Assembly: GCA_963789955.1 (NCBI GenBank)
Contig: CAWBMV010000022.1
Coordinates: 554,471-618,470 of the forward strand
Source of the DNA: an uncultured Candidatus Rokubacteria bacterium
GTDB lineage: Bacteria > Methylomirabilota > Methylomirabilia > Rokubacteriales > CSP1-6
Direction of reading: 5' to 3'
DNA length: 64,000 bases
This document shows, piece after piece, positions 62,937-64,000 of the stretch (the first letter of the stretch is position 1; each line of letters starts with the position of its first letter). The notes below the pieces were generated by a model, which was given only the letters and a program-made list of their open reading frames with translations, made no database searches and was not told where the DNA came from. A program made the translations under genes and the position numbers.

Positions 62937-64000
62937 ATGATTCTCGAGCGCTTCAAGGTTCCGGTGAAGGACCAGGTCTTCGTCACCGAGGCGGCGCTGC
63001 GTCGCACCGTCACGCAGATCTTCGAAAAGCTCGGTCTCACGCCGGAGGACGCCGCGGAGGGCGCCGACGTCCTCACGATGACGGATCTCCGGGGCGTCGA
63101 GACGCACGGCGTGTCGAACATGCTGCGCGCCTACGTGCGCGACTACAAGGCCGGCAAGCTCGATCCGCGTCCGGGCTGGCGCATCGCGCGCGAGTCACCG
63201 GGCACGGCGGTGATCGACGCCGAGCGGCGGCTCGGCATCATGGTCGGGCCCAAGGCGATGCGGCTGGCGATCGAGAAGGCGCGGCGCGTCGGCGTCGGCG
63301 TGGTGACCGTGTTCAACAGCGGCCACTTCGGCGCGATCGGCCACTACGCGATGCAGGCCGCCGAGCAGGGCATGGTCGGCGTGTGCTTCACCGGCGCCGG
63401 GCTCAGCGTGGTGCCGACGTTCGCCGCCAAGCCGCTGCTCGGCACGAACCCGATCGCGCTCGCGGCGCCGGCGCGGCACGAGGCGCCGATGCTCTTCGAC
63501 GCCGCGACCTCCGCGATCGCCGGCAACAAGATCCGGCTGGCCATTCGCGTCGGCTCGCCGCTCCTGCCGGGCTGGGTGACGGACAAGGAAGGCATTCCGA
63601 TCATGGAGGAGAAGCCGGTCTTCGACCGCGACGAATATCACCAGGCGCCGCTCGGCGGCACGCGTGAGCAGGGCTCCCACAAGGGCTACGGCTTCGCGAT
63701 GATGGCCGAGGTCCTGTCGACCGTGCTCTCCGGCGCCCTGCCCACGATGCTCGCCGCCGGCAGCGGCTCGAAGAATCACTTCGCCGCCTACAACATCGAG
63801 GCCTTCACCGACGTCGAGCAGTTCAAGGACACGATGGACGGCATGCTCAAGACCCTGAGAACCGCCACGCCGGCTCCGGGTCAGGAGCGCGTCCTCTATC
63901 CAGGGCTCTCCGAGGCCGAAGAGATCCAGCACCGCCGCGCCCACGGCATCCCGCTCCACAAGGAAGTCATCCAGTGGTTCGGCGTCTGCACGGGCGAGAT
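62937..64000 (+). CDS. Ldh_2 (malate/L-sulfolactate dehydrogenase-like) oxidoreductase, runs off window end
   Basis: Manual translation: DLRGVETHG, SGHFGA, GTNPIA, FDAATS, SHKGYG, VLYPG. Confidence 0.88.
   Translation, partial: MILERFKVPVKDQVFVTEAALRRTVTQIFEKLGLTPEDAAEGADVLTMTDLRGVETHGVSNMLRAYVRDYKAGKLDPRPGWRIARESPGTAVIDAERRLGIMVGPKAMRLAIEKARRVGVGVVTVFNSGHFGAIGHYAMQAAEQGMVGVCFTGAGLSVVPTFAAKPLLGTNPIALAAPARHEAPMLFDAATSAIAGNKIRLAIRVGSPLLPGWVTDKEGIPIMEEKPVFDRDEYHQAPLGGTREQGSHKGYGFAMMAEVLSTVLSGALPTMLAAGSGSKNHFAAYNIEAFTDVEQFKDTMDGMLKTLRTATPAPGQERVLYPGLSEAEEIQHRRAHGIPLHKEVIQWFGVCTGE

Noticed and set aside
1..64000. CRISPR array, prophage, transposase, defence system
   Set aside because: No regularly spaced direct repeats and no recognisable cas, phage, integrase, transposase or defence genes seen.

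Overview
High-GC bacterial window of about 55 tightly packed, mostly metabolic genes. It is rich in LLM flavin monooxygenases, amidohydrolases, molybdo-hydroxylase large subunits, hydrolases and family-5/TAXI transporters. This profile resembles soil Rokubacteria/Methylomirabilota-like genomes (inference only; no marker gene present). Many otherwise intact genes carry single-base frameshifts, most likely uncorrected long-read errors. No rRNA, tRNA, CRISPR array or intact transposase was seen. The main candidate for an undescribed system is at 6.1-10.5 kb: a cobalamin riboswitch heads an operon of a SPLIT cyclopropane-fatty-acid-synthase-like methyltransferase (N-domain and catalytic domain as separate genes, with a geranylgeranyl-reductase-family flavoenzyme between them), a membrane desaturase and a tandem YjbQ-like protein. 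It looks like a B12-repressed, B12-independent lipid methylation pathway. Other highlights: a DsbA/FrnE-like selenoprotein (UxxC, SECIS-like hairpin) missed by the ORF track; a ppd + pepM-cytidylyltransferase phosphonate cassette; a polymerase-dead PolX-PHP co-transcribed with a stand-alone LigD Prim-Pol; a flavin halogenase / condensation-like acyltransferase pair; a vanadium-haloperoxidase-like gene with a variant active site; a 129-bp MITE-like palindrome; and a dispersed REP-like repeat.
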